The position numbers and the translations under genes were made by a program. The notes under the pieces are model-generated. The model ran no database searches. It saw only the letters and a list, made by a program, of their open reading frames with translations, and had not been told where the DNA came from. Source: Paracoccaceae bacterium (GTDB lineage Bacteria; Pseudomonadota; Alphaproteobacteria; Rhodobacterales; Rhodobacteraceae). From it: DNA of 64,000 bases. Position 1 is the first letter of the stretch. Each line of letters starts with the position of its first letter. The stretch lies in contig OZ242030.1 in the NCBI GenBank assembly GCA_965205055.1, positions 787,116 to 851,115 of the forward strand, read 5' to 3'. Positions 30,494 through 40,927 of the stretch are shown here, one piece after another.

Positions 30494-31663
30494 ATGCAGT
30501 CGCAGGTAGGCATCGTCGGAGGCGGTCCGTCCGGATTGCTGCTGGCCCGCAAGCTCGCTCTCGCCGGGATTGATGTTGTTCTGCTTGAGCGCCAATCCAG
30601 AGAGCATGTTTGCTCGCGAATACGCGCGGGCGTACTGGAGTGGGGCACCGTCGAGCAACTTAGGGAAGCAGGCGTCGGCGACCGAATGGATCAAGTCGGT
30701 CTGGTCCATGACGGTTGCTTGCTGGCTTTGGGCAATCGAACGGTGCGCTTGGACTTCGCCGGACTCGCCCGACGTTCCGTCATGGTTTACGGACAAACAG
30801 AAATCACCCATGATCTTTACGACGCGCTCAATGCCTCTGAAACACGGATTTTCCACGAGGTGCATGACGTTGAAATCCAAGGAGCCAACACGGAATCGCC
30901 AAGAATTGCTTTTCTTCATCAGAATGAAAGCAAATTGCTGCATTGCAGGTTCGTCGCCGGATGCGACGGATTCCACGGCGTGAGTCGGCAGACCATACCC
31001 AATTCGGTGCGAACGGAATACTTGAAGACATATCCGTTCGGTTGGCTCGGGCTGCTTTCCGAATCCCCGCCCGTGTCGGATGAGCTGATCTACTCGAAAA
31101 GCGCGCGCGGATTCTCATTGGCATCAATGAGAAACCGCAACCTCTCGAGATACTATATTCAAGTTCCGATCGACGACCGCGTGGAAAACTGGTCCGACAA
31201 TGACTTTTGGGACGAATTGAGACGCCGACTCCCGTCCGAATATGCCGAGTCGCTTGTTGCTGGGCGCGGAGTCGAAAAATCCATTGCGGCGTTGAGAAGC
31301 TTCGTTTCGGAACCGATGTCGTACGGATCGCTGTTTCTGTGCGGGGATGCCGCGCATATAGTTCCGCCAACCGGCGCCAAAGGTTTGAACCTCGCCGTCT
31401 CCGACGTGCATTACCTCTGCGAGGCGCTGGTGCGTTATTTCACTCACCGTGACGAAGACGGACTAAGAGAGTATTCTCCCAATGCCTTGTCGCGGGTTTG
31501 GCGCACCATGCGGTTCAGCTGGTGGATGTCGAACCTCCTGCATGTCTTTCCCGAAGCGTCTCCATTCGATGCGAAAGTCAGCGAGTCCGAATTCGACTAC
31601 TTGGCTGGCTCGGAGAATGGGCAGCGCGTCTTGGCCGAAAACTATACCGGCCTGCCCTACTGA
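30494..31663 (+). CDS. pobA: 4-hydroxybenzoate 3-monooxygenase
   Basis: VGIVGGGPSGLLLA FAD motif, CDGFHGVSR, LCGDAAHIVPPTGAKGLNLA; 389 aa. Confidence 0.92.
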   Translation: MQSQVGIVGGGPSGLLLARKLALAGIDVVLLERQSREHVCSRIRAGVLEWGTVEQLREAGVGDRMDQVGLVHDGCLLALGNRTVRLDFAGLARRSVMVYGQTEITHDLYDALNASETRIFHEVHDVEIQGANTESPRIAFLHQNESKLLHCRFVAGCDGFHGVSRQTIPNSVRTEYLKTYPFGWLGLLSESPPVSDELIYSKSARGFSLASMRNRNLSRYYIQVPIDDRVENWSDNDFWDELRRRLPSEYAESLVAGRGVEKSIAALRSFVSEPMSYGSLFLCGDAAHIVPPTGAKGLNLAVSDVHYLCEALVRYFTHRDEDGLREYSPNALSRVWRTMRFSWWMSNLLHVFPEASPFDAKVSESEFDYLAGSENGQRVLAENYTGLPY

Positions 31664-31681
31664 TTCCATTGCGAAAATTGG

Positions 31682-33367
31682 TCATTCATATCCAATTCCG
31701 ACTTCCACAAATGCCTGCCTTTTCTCAACCGTTGCGATTTCCACAGCTTTTTCCAAAACCTCGCGGAGGGCTGAGGGATCTTCGACCCTCTTCGCAAACG
31801 CGCGATTGGCGGCTGCCACCATCGTGAAATTCGGCGAAGGAGATAGCGACGTCAAAGGCATCCTGTTGAGCTTCGCAGCCAGTCCGTCCGGGTAAAGCTG
31901 GGTTACCGATTGCCTGACGGCTCCCCATCCTTCGTTGTTCAATACGATTGCAAGAACAGGCACGCTGAGCGATTCACATATCTGGTGGCATGCGACGGGA
32001 TTTGAAAAAATATACGAGCCGTCGCCCATCACCGCGACGCACAAGCGCTGAGGATCAGCCAGGCTTGCGCCGATCGCGCATGGAAACGACCATCCAAGTC
32101 CGCCGGAATGAGGCTCTTGGAACCACGAATTCCGTTTCGTGCGCTTCAATGTCCCGAGCATCGCGCCAAGCTCTGAAAAGACCGAAGAGTCGATATTTTC
32201 CAATACATCGCTCAATACGGCCGAAACGAATGCTTTCGTTATAGTGGAACGAGGCAAAAGGGCGGACTTTCGCAGATCATCGCGCAACGCTCTCGATTTG
32301 GCTTCATTTTTGATGCGTCGCTCGCCAGCCAAGCTGTTTGCAGGAAGAAGAGCGTCCATTGCTTCCGCAAGTTGAGGAATTGAGATTGCCAGCTCGCCGG
32401 CGATACTGAGGTCAGATCGGAAATTGCGCACGGGATGCTTGCTGAATATCGGATCGGGCCCCATGTTGATGATCGCAGCGCGCGGATTCAGCGGATGCCG
32501 ATCCGGCCACCATGGCGCGAGCGAATTCAAAACAAGCACGACGTCCGCGTCCTGCAGCCATGGCCCGGGGTCTGCGCCGACATGGCATTCGTGCTCCGTG
32601 GATATCGCCAGCGACGTAGCCCACCACGTGCAAACAGGGATGCCCCATGCGCGGACCATTTCCGAGAATGCATCGAAGCTTAGGTCGTCCCCTGCCCCGC
32701 GCTGGGCAATTATCAGGGGTCGCTTTGAATTCGCCAACAAGTCGGCAGCCGCTTCAATATCTCTTGGCGCAGGCGCGGACAAAGCGGGGCTGAATTGAGG
32801 GTTTGCCGTTGCGCGCTCTGCGTCAACGGCTTCGCACAATACTTCGCGCGGCAAGGAGATATAAACCGGGCCTTTCGGAGTGGAACTCGCGATCGCATGC
32901 CCGCGATCAAGCAATTCGAATATCTGTTCGGGAGCCCGGAGTTCGCAGTCCCATTTGCAGGCTTCCCTGACCAATGCGGTCTGGTCCCGCATTTCCTGGC
33001 CCCAGCCAATCGGAACGGTTCTCGCTCCAAATCGCCCGCTTTCAGTCGTCGGCGTTCGGCCGGACAGAAGCATCAGCGGAATGTGCTCGCACGCCGCGTT
33101 GATTGCACCGACCGCACCGTTCGCCAGACCGACATTCGTATGAAGCATCACTGCTTGGGGAAAGCCTGAAATCAGGAAATATCCGTGCGCCATGCCCATG
33201 GCTGCATGCTCGTGTCCTACGGCAACCGCGGTCGGGACATCCGCGCCCGAGGCCATCGCTTCGGCCAAGCCTTCGATTATCGGCGGAAAGTCCGTTCCGG
33301 AATTGGCGAACACATAATCCACGCCAAGCGTTTTCAAGCGTTGGAATATCGCGCCGCCCGCAGTCAT
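31682..33367 (-). CDS. thiamine-pyrophosphate enzyme, acetolactate-synthase-like family
   Basis: MTAGGAIFQRLKTLGVDYVFANSG..., a central domain, and the C-terminal MGDGSY TPP motif. ATG 33367 is chosen inside the longer track ORF. Confidence 0.85.
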   Translation of the reverse strand: MTAGGAIFQRLKTLGVDYVFANSGTDFPPIIEGLAEAMASGADVPTAVAVGHEHAAMGMAHGYFLISGFPQAVMLHTNVGLANGAVGAINAACEHIPLMLLSGRTPTTESGRFGARTVPIGWGQEMRDQTALVREACKWDCELRAPEQIFELLDRGHAIASSTPKGPVYISLPREVLCEAVDAERATANPQFSPALSAPAPRDIEAAADLLANSKRPLIIAQRGAGDDLSFDAFSEMVRAWGIPVCTWWATSLAISTEHECHVGADPGPWLQDADVVLVLNSLAPWWPDRHPLNPRAAIINMGPDPIFSKHPVRNFRSDLSIAGELAISIPQLAEAMDALLPANSLAGERRIKNEAKSRALRDDLRKSALLPRSTITKAFVSAVLSDVLENIDSSVFSELGAMLGTLKRTKRNSWFQEPHSGGLGWSFPCAIGASLADPQRLCVAVMGDGSYIFSNPVACHQICESLSVPVLAIVLNNEGWGAVRQSVTQLYPDGLAAKLNRMPLTSLSPSPNFTMVAAANRAFAKRVEDPSALREVLEKAVEIATVEKRQAFVEVGIGYE

Positions 33368-33997
33368 GCCGACTGAATTTGATTCAGCAATTTTATTCAA
33401 ACCAACCCAAAAACCGGAACAATGACGAAACTGGCCGGAGTAAACATCCGGCGACCACAGGGTCAAGCTTGGCACCGCAAGAACAAGCCCGACACGCAGG
33501 ATTCCGTTCCCAGGAGCGGAGCGATGCACTTGAATTTTTCAACCATCGCGGTGACTTTGGCAACGGCTGAAATGACGACCCATTCAGCCCGAACGGCGTG
33601 TTGCCAAGCCTAGTTCCACGACGATCAATGCAAGAATTCCGAACCATATTTTCAAGCTCTCGCGCTCATTGCCAATGCAGTGCCGCCGATTTCCTGATCG
33701 AGACCGTCGTTGATCCCTGCGAGCAGCGGCAAAAAAAAGCGGGATGGCAAGCAACGGCATGCCGCAGAAACAAGCTCAGCCCTCTGCGGCAATCCGACTG
33801 TTCGAATGAGTTTGGCTTTCCAATAGACGCGACCGATTCAGGTTGACGCATATCCGGCGTTCACGAAGCAGTTCGGGCATTGTGAATTGGCATTCGTCCG
33901 GCGACGGAACGCCTGCATTGAAGTACCTGTTCCGGAAACTTAGCCTACCGCGCCGTGAATATGCGGCGGCCGGAAATCTTCAGGCCAGTGCCCAGGG

Positions 33998-35831
33998 TCA
34001 GTCGCCGACGGGTCCCACCTCGACGCCGTAAGTGCCGTCTTCGCGGACGAGCGCCGCGCCGAAGCTGCCGACGATCGACAGGTGCAGGCCGGTGGCGGCA
34101 GTGTTCCCGTCCTGAAGATACCAGATTCCGGCCGCCTCCAAGCCTGCGGGCGGACCGTAGAAGTTCCCCTTGTAGCCTCCCTCCGCGAAAGCCGACAACG
34201 AAGCGGTGTCGATGACGCCGGCGTACGATCCCGATGCGTCGATGCCGGTTGCCTGAAGCGTCAGAGCGTCGCTGATCCTGATGTAGTCTTCCCACTCACC
34301 TTTGCCGTTGTTGAAGGATTCCAGGTTTTCAATCTTTCCGCTGATCCTGTTGTCGGCCGCGATTCCGGAAATTGTCGCGGTCAGCCTTATGTCGCCCCGC
34401 AGCCTCAAATAGTTGGCTCCCGCCAGTTGCGGATAGTTCCAAGCGGCTATGAGGACAATCCCGAATTGCGAGGCCAAGGTCCGGCCCCTGAACGTCCCGC
34501 CGATGATCTTGTCGGCGTCGGCAATGTCCGTGGTCCTCATGCCCGCCTCGTTCTTGAACGCGTCATAGCCCACATGGAAGGGGAAAGTCCGCCGTCCAGG
34601 TATTATCGTTTCTGAACTCACCGGCCTCATGAAGCTGTCGGAGAATTCCATGTGCCCGTAGGCCGCATAGGACAGGTAGCGGTTCACGTCGTCGCGCGCG
34701 TAGGCCGCCGGGTCGTCCGGGTCTTCGAGATTCCTGTCCAGGCCGACATGGTTGGACAGCCGCATGGTGTAGGTGCCCAGCTCCTGGCCGTCCCCGAGCC
34801 GGCTGCTGCCGATGGCCGCCGTCAGCTCCGAATTCGGCATGAGCGCGGCGGTCCAGTAATGCTCGGCGTTGCCCTCGGGCGAGGCCCTCGGAGGTCCGAA
34901 CTCCAGCTTCAGATCGTATCCGCCGTTCGATCCATTAGGCTGGACCCATTGATAGTGTGACTCAAAGAGGCCAGGAAGTCTGAAATCGAGGCCGGGCGCG
35001 CCTTTTCCACCCATGTCCACGGCAAGCCCGCTTGGAGTGATTCTGAGGCCAGCGACGAGTCTCGGATCTTCGCCGTCGTTTCCGCCGTCGGCGGGGTCCA
35101 CAAAGGAGTGCGGTCTATCGAAATCGGGTCCCATATACAGAAACCTTCTTAGGTCCCCCAAGACAACCGAGCTTTGCGGACGATCCGTATAAACAACAGG
35201 GATTCCCCGCATGCGCAGCCGGTCGCCGCTGCTGCTCAGGCCTGGGGACATCACGACCTTCCCATCCTCATGCATTAACGCCGGGATATCCTCCTTCGTC
35301 AGCAGATCCGCGGCGTCGGCGCCGTTCTCCCTTCGCGGATTGCGGACCACTCTCGAGAGCTCGGGCACGGGCCGGAGACTCTCCCTTCCTATGACCAGGG
35401 CGGACGATCCCGCCCATCCCGCGCTGCTTTCCGCGGCGCGCAGCCTCGGCAGGTCCTCGGCCTCGGCGGCGTCCGCCTTGACGGCCAACCTAGCCGCCCG
35501 GGCGATTCTTCCGGCGTCGTCCGGCGGCGATGCCCGCCGCGGCTACGGCGGCCGCTACCCTGCTCCGGGCGGCGGCCAGATCCGCCTCCGCTTCCGCCAG
35601 CTCGTCGTCGAACAGTTCCGCCTCGGTCCTTCCGTCCTCGACCGGCTCGGCGGGTTCGGGAACGCCGGTTCCGGGATCGGGGGTCTCGGTTTCAGCGGTT
35701 TCGGTCTCTGCGGTTTCCGGGTCGGTCATCTCGTTTTCGGGAGCCACGGACGCCGGCGGATTGCCGCCGGAGCAGGCGCCGAACGCCAACGCAGCGGCGC
35801 AAGCGAGAGCTGCGGTGAGTTTGGTGTCCAC
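33998..35831 (-). pseudogene. TbpB-like surface lipoprotein, copy 1 (frameshifted by internal deletions)
   Basis: GTG 35831, signal and lipobox (LACAAALAFGACSGG), ET-rich linker and Ala-rich coiled coil end at a stop at 35490. The body continues in another frame from ~35488 to ...GGYKGNFYGPPAGLEAAGIWYLQDG...GSFGA. It lacks ~90 nt that copy 2 has in the Ala-rich segment. Confidence 0.75.
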
Positions 35832-38188
35832 GAGTGATTCCCCCGTCAATGCCGGTTCATTGCCCTGTCGCCTTCGGGCGGTCCGCGCCCATTTACTGGG
35901 GTGGCCGATGTCCAGTGCTTGTTTTGCGGCCGGAGACCGGATTCGCTGAGAGCGGATCAAGCCAAGACCGACTTGGTCAGCTTGCTCTTCGCGGCTCAAG
36001 AAGCCTCCGCTGTCTCTTCCTCGAGAATTTCTTGAAGCGCGCTTCGGACGAGACCGAGGACACTATCAAATTTCTACTTTTAACTCGCTGATCATTCGGT
36101 ATGTCCTCATGGTTCGGCAGTGCTGTATCCGCGGCGGGAAGATCGTCCAAGCGGCCTGGAACTTCAGGATTTCGAGGAACGGCTGCTGCTTCGACCACGG
36201 ACTGGCAGACTGTCGGGTTCGGCGGAGCTTTCGACCAAAAAGCGGGATGGCAAGCAACGGCATGCCGCCGGAACAGGCTCAGCCCTCTACGGGCAATCCA
36301 AATGCTCGAATGAACCTCGCGTTGCAGATAGAACGCGCCCGGCTCAGGTTGACGCGCTTCCGGCGTTCACGAAGCAGTTCGGGCATTGTGAATCGGCATG
36401 CGTCCGGCGACGGAAAGCCTTCCTTGGAATGCCTGTTCCGGAAATGGGAACTGCCGGGCCCGGAGGGCGCGGCAGCCGGCAAGTTTTTGGGGCCGTGCCC
36501 CGGGGTCAGCCGCCGAGCCCCACCTCGACGCCGTAGCTGCCGTCTTCGCGGACGAGCGCCGCGCCGAAGCTGCCGACGATCGAAAGGTGTAGGCCGGTGG
36601 CGGCAGTGTTGCCGTCTTGGAGATACCAGATTCCGGCCGTCTCCAAGCCGGCGGGCGGTCCGTAGAAGTTCCCCCTGTAGCCTCCCTCCGCGAAAGCCGC
36701 CGGGTAAGAGGCGGGGTCTATGACGCCTTTGAACTCTCCATCCGCGCTGATGTCGGTCGCTTGGAGCGTCAGAGCGCCGGAGATCCTTGCATAGTCTTCC
36801 CAGATGCCCTTGCCGCTGCTGAAGGATTCGAGGTTCGTGATCCTTCCGCTGATCTTGTTGTCGTCCGCGGTCCCGGAAATTGTCGCGGTCAGCCGGACAT
36901 CGCCCCTCATCCTCAAATAGTTGGCGCCCGTCAGTGACGGAAAGTCGCCATGGGTCCCTATGGCTTCAATCGCAAATTGCGAGGCCATTGTCCGGCCCCT
37001 GAACGTCCCTCCGGTGATCTTGTCGGCGCCGGCGACATCCGTGGTCCTCATGCCCGCCTCGTTCTTGAACGCGTCGTAGCCCGCATGGAAGGGAAAGGTC
37101 CGCCGCCCGGGGAATATCGTGCTTCCGGTCGGTAAGCTGTCGACGAATTCCATATGCCCGTAGGCGGCGTAGGACAGGTAGTGGTTCACGTCGTCGCGCA
37201 CGTAGCCCGCCGGATCGTCCGGATTTTCGAGATTTCTGTCGAGGCCGATATGATTGGACAGCCGCATGGTGTAGGTACCCATCGCCTGACCGTTGCTGAG
37301 CTGGTTGCTGGAACCCGCCACAATCTCCCGCGACGGCATGAGCTGGGCCGTCCAGTAATGCTCGGCGTTGCCCTCGGGCGAAGCCTTCGGAAGACCGAAC
37401 TCCAGCTTCAGATCGTATCCGCCGTTCGACCCGCTGGGCAAAACAAATCGAGCGAAAGCAAAAAAGGCGTCGGGATGTCTGAAATCAAAGCCGAAAGCGC
37501 CTTTTCCGCCCATGTCCAAGACAAGCCCGCTCGGAGTGATTCTGAGCCCAGCGACGAGTCTCGGGTCCTCGCCGTCGTTTCCGCCGCCGTTGCGGTCTAC
37601 ATGGGAGCGCGAATCGTAACCGGCTCCCATAAGCAGGAACCTTCTACGATGCGAAGGTTCATTAATCATAACAGCGACCGGGATTCCCCGCATTTGCAGC
37701 AGGTCGCCGCTGCTGGCCAGGCCTGGGGACATCACGACCTTCCCGTCCTCGTACGCAACCGCCGGGATTTTCGCCGCCGTCAGCAGGGTCTCGGCGTCGG
37801 CGCCGTTCTCCCTTCGCGGATTGCGGACCACTCTCTGGAGCTCAGGCACGGGCCGGAGACTCTCCCTTCCTATGACCAGTGCGGACGCCGACCATCCCGC
37901 GCCCGCGCTGCTTTCGGCCGCGCGCAGCCTCGGGAGGTCCTCGGCTTCGGCGGCGTCCGCCTTGACGGCCAGCCTAGCCGCCTGGGCGGTCCTTTCGGAG
38001 TCGTCCGGAGGCGCCTGCAGCGCGCGGGCCGCCGCGAGGGCGTCCGTCAAAGCCTTCCGCGCGGCGGCGATGTTCGCCAGCGCCCTCGTCCGGTCGCCTC
38101 CCGTCCTGGCCGCCGCGGCTACGGCGGCCACTACCCTGCTCCGGGCTGCGGCCAGATCCGCCTCCGCTTCTTCCAGCTCGTCGTCGAA

Positions 38189-39859
38189 CGATCATGTTTC
38201 AAAAGTTCTGCAAAATGCTTTCAAAGAAGTTCGGTCATGGCAAGTCCTTGGTTTCGCTATCAACCATCCCTTGCAGGAAAGGACGACACCATGACCGGGA
38301 TGCATAGTAGATCGAAGTTGGCCGAGTTCAAGTCGGAGCTTGAGTGTGGGGGCGACGCGGTTCGCGAGCTTTTGCGTGGCATGCTTCAGGAGATTCTTGA
38401 GGAAGAGATGACCGAGGCCTTGGGCGCCGCGAAGGGCGAGCGGACGTCCGACCGTCTGGGTTATCGTTCCGGTTATTACAAGCGTCATTTGACGACGCGT
38501 GTCGGCCAGGTTGAGCTTCGCGTTCCGCAGGATCGGAACGGCGCGTTCAGCACCGAGCTGTTCGAGCGCTACGAGCGTTCGGAGAAGGCGTTCGTCTTGG
38601 CATTGATGCAGATGTATGTTCACGGGGTTTCGACCCGGAAGGTCGCGAAGGTGACGGAGGCGCTTTGCGGCCACGGTTTTTCGGCGTCGACGATCAGCCG
38701 GCTCAATGCGAAGCTGGATGCGGAGCTCGGGAAGTTCGCGGAGCGGCGTCTGGAGGGTTCGTTTCCCTATTTGATTCTGGACGCCCGCTACGAGAAGGTT
38801 CGCGAGGACGGCGTTGTCCGCGACCGCGCGGTTCTGATCGCGGTCGGGGTCGACGCGTCGGGCCGCCGACAGGTTCTCGGCGTCGAGCTGGCGGAGGGCG
38901 AGAGCCATGCGAGCTGGCGTCGGTTCCTGGAGTCTTTGAGGGATCGCGGCCTGTGCGGCGTCGTCCAGATTGTTTCGGACGACCATTCCGGCTTGACGAA
39001 GGCGATCCGGGAGGTTGTTCCGGAAGCGGTCCGCCAGCGGTGCTACGTCCATTTCCTGCGGAACGCCCGGGCCCATTTGAACTCGCGTTCGGGCGACGGC
39101 TGCCTCAAGGAGCTTCGCTGGATCTATGATCGTCCGAGCGTCGAGGAGGCTCGGCGGGATCTGGCCGCGTGGCTGGAGAAGTGGCAGGCGTCGCAGCCGA
39201 AGCTTTGCGATTGGGTCGAGGCGACGATCGAGGAGACGTTCGCGTTCCTGCGGCTTCCCCGGCAGCATCATATTCGGATGCGTTCGACGAACATGCTCGA
39301 GCGCTTGAACGAGGAGATCAAGCGGCGGACGAAGGTCGTCCGGATTTTCCCGGACGCCCGCAGCTGTCTGCGGCTTGTCCGGGCCTTGTGCGCGGAGACG
39401 CACGAGAGCTGGATGGAGGACGGCGTCCGCTATCTGGACATGGATCTTCTTCAGGAGCAGCGTCGGGCCGATCTGCGGAAGCTGGCGGCATGACGATCGC
39501 ATTCGGGGTTTTCGCCCGAGTCAATTCGCCCGGGGCGCGGCCAGCATGGAAAGCCTGTGGACAATCCCTTTGGGCGCTGTCGGCGCGCGTCCTGCTCCGG
39601 GCCGGGATTGACCACATCCTTTCCACACTTTCCGCGCCGCGCCGATCGGCCAATATGCCGGCCCGCCGCCGCTCCGATAAATGGGGTCTCCGCGGCGGCG
39701 GGCCGGCGTGGCCTCGGCGCGGGGCCGCGTCCGCCCTCCGCGGCCGGATCCGAAATGCGGAAATACGAATTCATGCCTCCGGCTTCGCCCGAGGGGCATC
39801 GAACCCGAAACCAAGTCTTGACATTCCTGATCGAAATTGCAGAACTATCGGTACACTAC
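38189..39859 (+). mobile_element. IS256-family insertion sequence
   Basis: Flanked by the 8-bp direct repeat TCGTCGAA (38181-38188 and 39860-39867). Subterminal inverted core is AGTTCTGCAA. One transposase gene, then a 366-bp non-coding tail. Confidence 0.85.
38291..39493 (+). CDS. IS256-family (Mutator-like) transposase
   Basis: MTGMHSRSKLAEFK...LTEALGAAKGERTSDRLGYRSGYY...LILDARYEKVRE...IVSDDHSGL...RSTNMLERLNEEIKRRTKVV; 400 aa. Confidence 0.93.
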   Translation: MTGMHSRSKLAEFKSELECGGDAVRELLRGMLQEILEEEMTEALGAAKGERTSDRLGYRSGYYKRHLTTRVGQVELRVPQDRNGAFSTELFERYERSEKAFVLALMQMYVHGVSTRKVAKVTEALCGHGFSASTISRLNAKLDAELGKFAERRLEGSFPYLILDARYEKVREDGVVRDRAVLIAVGVDASGRRQVLGVELAEGESHASWRRFLESLRDRGLCGVVQIVSDDHSGLTKAIREVVPEAVRQRCYVHFLRNARAHLNSRSGDGCLKELRWIYDRPSVEEARRDLAAWLEKWQASQPKLCDWVEATIEETFAFLRLPRQHHIRMRSTNMLERLNEEIKRRTKVVRIFPDARSCLRLVRALCAETHESWMEDGVRYLDMDLLQEQRRADLRKLAA

Positions 39860-40206
39860 TCGTCGAAAAACCTCTCCGCCTCGGTCCTGCCGTCCTCGGG
39901 CGGAACCGTTGTCTCGGTCTCGGGGGTCTCGGTTTCAACGGTTTCGGTATCCGGGGTTTCCGGGTCGGCTATCTCGGTCTCGGGAGAGGCGGGAGCCGGC
40001 GGATTGCCGCCGGAGCAGGCGCCGAGCGCCAGCGCCGCTGCGCAAGCCAGAGCTGCGGTCAGTTTCATGTACATGGGCGTTTCCCCGTCGGTGTCGGTTC
40101 AGTGTCTCTTTGCCTCTCGCCGCCGCATGCCCCGCCGTCCCGTCCTGAACGAGCTCCGGCGTTCGCGCCCACTGCGGCGGCCCTTTGGGCAGCCGCGAGC
40201 ATCGTA

Positions 40207-40216
40207 GGGGGGGGGG
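40207..40216. repeat. homopolymeric G10 tract
   Basis: Ten consecutive G (C10 on the gene strand), about 135-140 nt upstream of the copy-2 lipoprotein start. The homologous position in unit 1 has only GGGG. Confidence 0.9.
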
Positions 40217-40559
40217 TGATTGATGTCCAGTAGTTTTTCGCGGTCGGACACCGAATTCGCCGCCGCGGGATTCAAGCCGCATCCTCCCGGCCCGCCCGCT
40301 CTTCGCAGCGTTCGAAGCCTCCGTCGTCTCTTCCCCGGGGATCTCCCGGAGCGCGTTCTGGAATCCGGCGCTTCGACTGCGGCCCTCGCGGACCGTCCGG
40401 TTTGGCGGAGCTTCCGGCCACCCGACAGCCATGGGGCGGAACGCAGCGTCAAGTGTGTCTTATTGATAGACCGCGGACCGAGTCTTCGACGCGCTCAAGC
40501 CCGGCATTGGATCCGCTTGCTCAATGAATATGCATCCCGGCCGTCGAGTCGCGGTCGGC

Positions 40560-40860
40560 CGCGAAACTAAAAGATTTGCAATGGCCGCTTCCTCGCGAAA
40601 GCTTCTGCGGGACTTCTGAAACGCGATCCGAGGTCGTGCAGCTTTCCGCGCAACGTTACGACGTCCGGGCCTTGGGGCGGAACGCCAAGAAGCGGGCGGT
40701 CAATTCGACATCAATCCGGTCCGTCCTGGTCGCCGCGCCCCAGCTTCTCCCGAACGCCTCGGCCTGCTCTCGGCGTGATCAAGCTGCAAGGGATTCAGCG
40801 AAGAAACGCTCTGGAGAGTGCCAGCATCAAGTTGAAACAGCAGCATTTTCGTACGACCGC
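40560..40860 (-). pseudogene. IS110-family transposase fragment
   Basis: Minus-strand pieces ..LDAGTLQSVSSLNPLQLDHAES.. and ..AATRTDRIDVELTARFLAFRPKA.. (compare the ..VNP.QV..FA.. and KTDRIDA..LARF motifs) lie in different frames. Confidence 0.4.
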
Positions 40861-40927
40861 ATCGGGACCTCCGGGTGCGCGCCAACTTGAGCCGGACACG
40901 TTCCAAAATCCTTGCTCGGCCCATTGC

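Larger units (their letters stand above)
36506..40074 (-). pseudogene. TbpB-like surface lipoprotein, copy 2 (split by IS256)
   Basis: The N-terminal 70 codons (39860-40074: MYMKLTAALACAAALALGACSGG...EAERFFDE) and the body (36506-38188) join in frame once the IS and one TSD copy are removed (..EAERFFDDELEEAEADL..). Confidence 0.85.
33735..40425. repeat. tandem duplication of a ~2.5-kb lipoprotein-gene unit (unit 1 ~33735-36235; unit 2 ~36236-40425 including IS256)
   Basis: The 3' flank, coding region and several upstream blocks are collinear between units, for example 33735-34140 vs 36245-36650. Boundaries are approximate. Confidence 0.8.

Noticed and set aside
33735-33997. Conserved small ORF (MPELLRERR...EG, ~34 aa) in the duplicated 3' flank of both lipoprotein units (also 36279-36390)
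   Set aside because: The two copies differ by indels that change the internal frame, and the similarity is at DNA level only. It is more likely a conserved non-coding flank. A weak hairpin plus T8 run near 33725-33760 may act as a terminator but is not convincing.
35640-35740. Short DNA repeats (GGTTTC.GCGGTTTCGGTCTC) upstream in lipoprotein copy 1
   Set aside because: They encode the low-complexity ETAETETAETET linker after the lipobox. This is compositional, not a separate element.
37154-39502. Very long ORFs (779 aa plus strand; 436 aa minus strand) spanning the lipoprotein gene and IS256
   Set aside because: These are GC-rich antisense or read-through artefacts. The only part of the plus-strand ORF with homology is the transposase from ATG 38291, and the minus-strand ORF is antisense to it.
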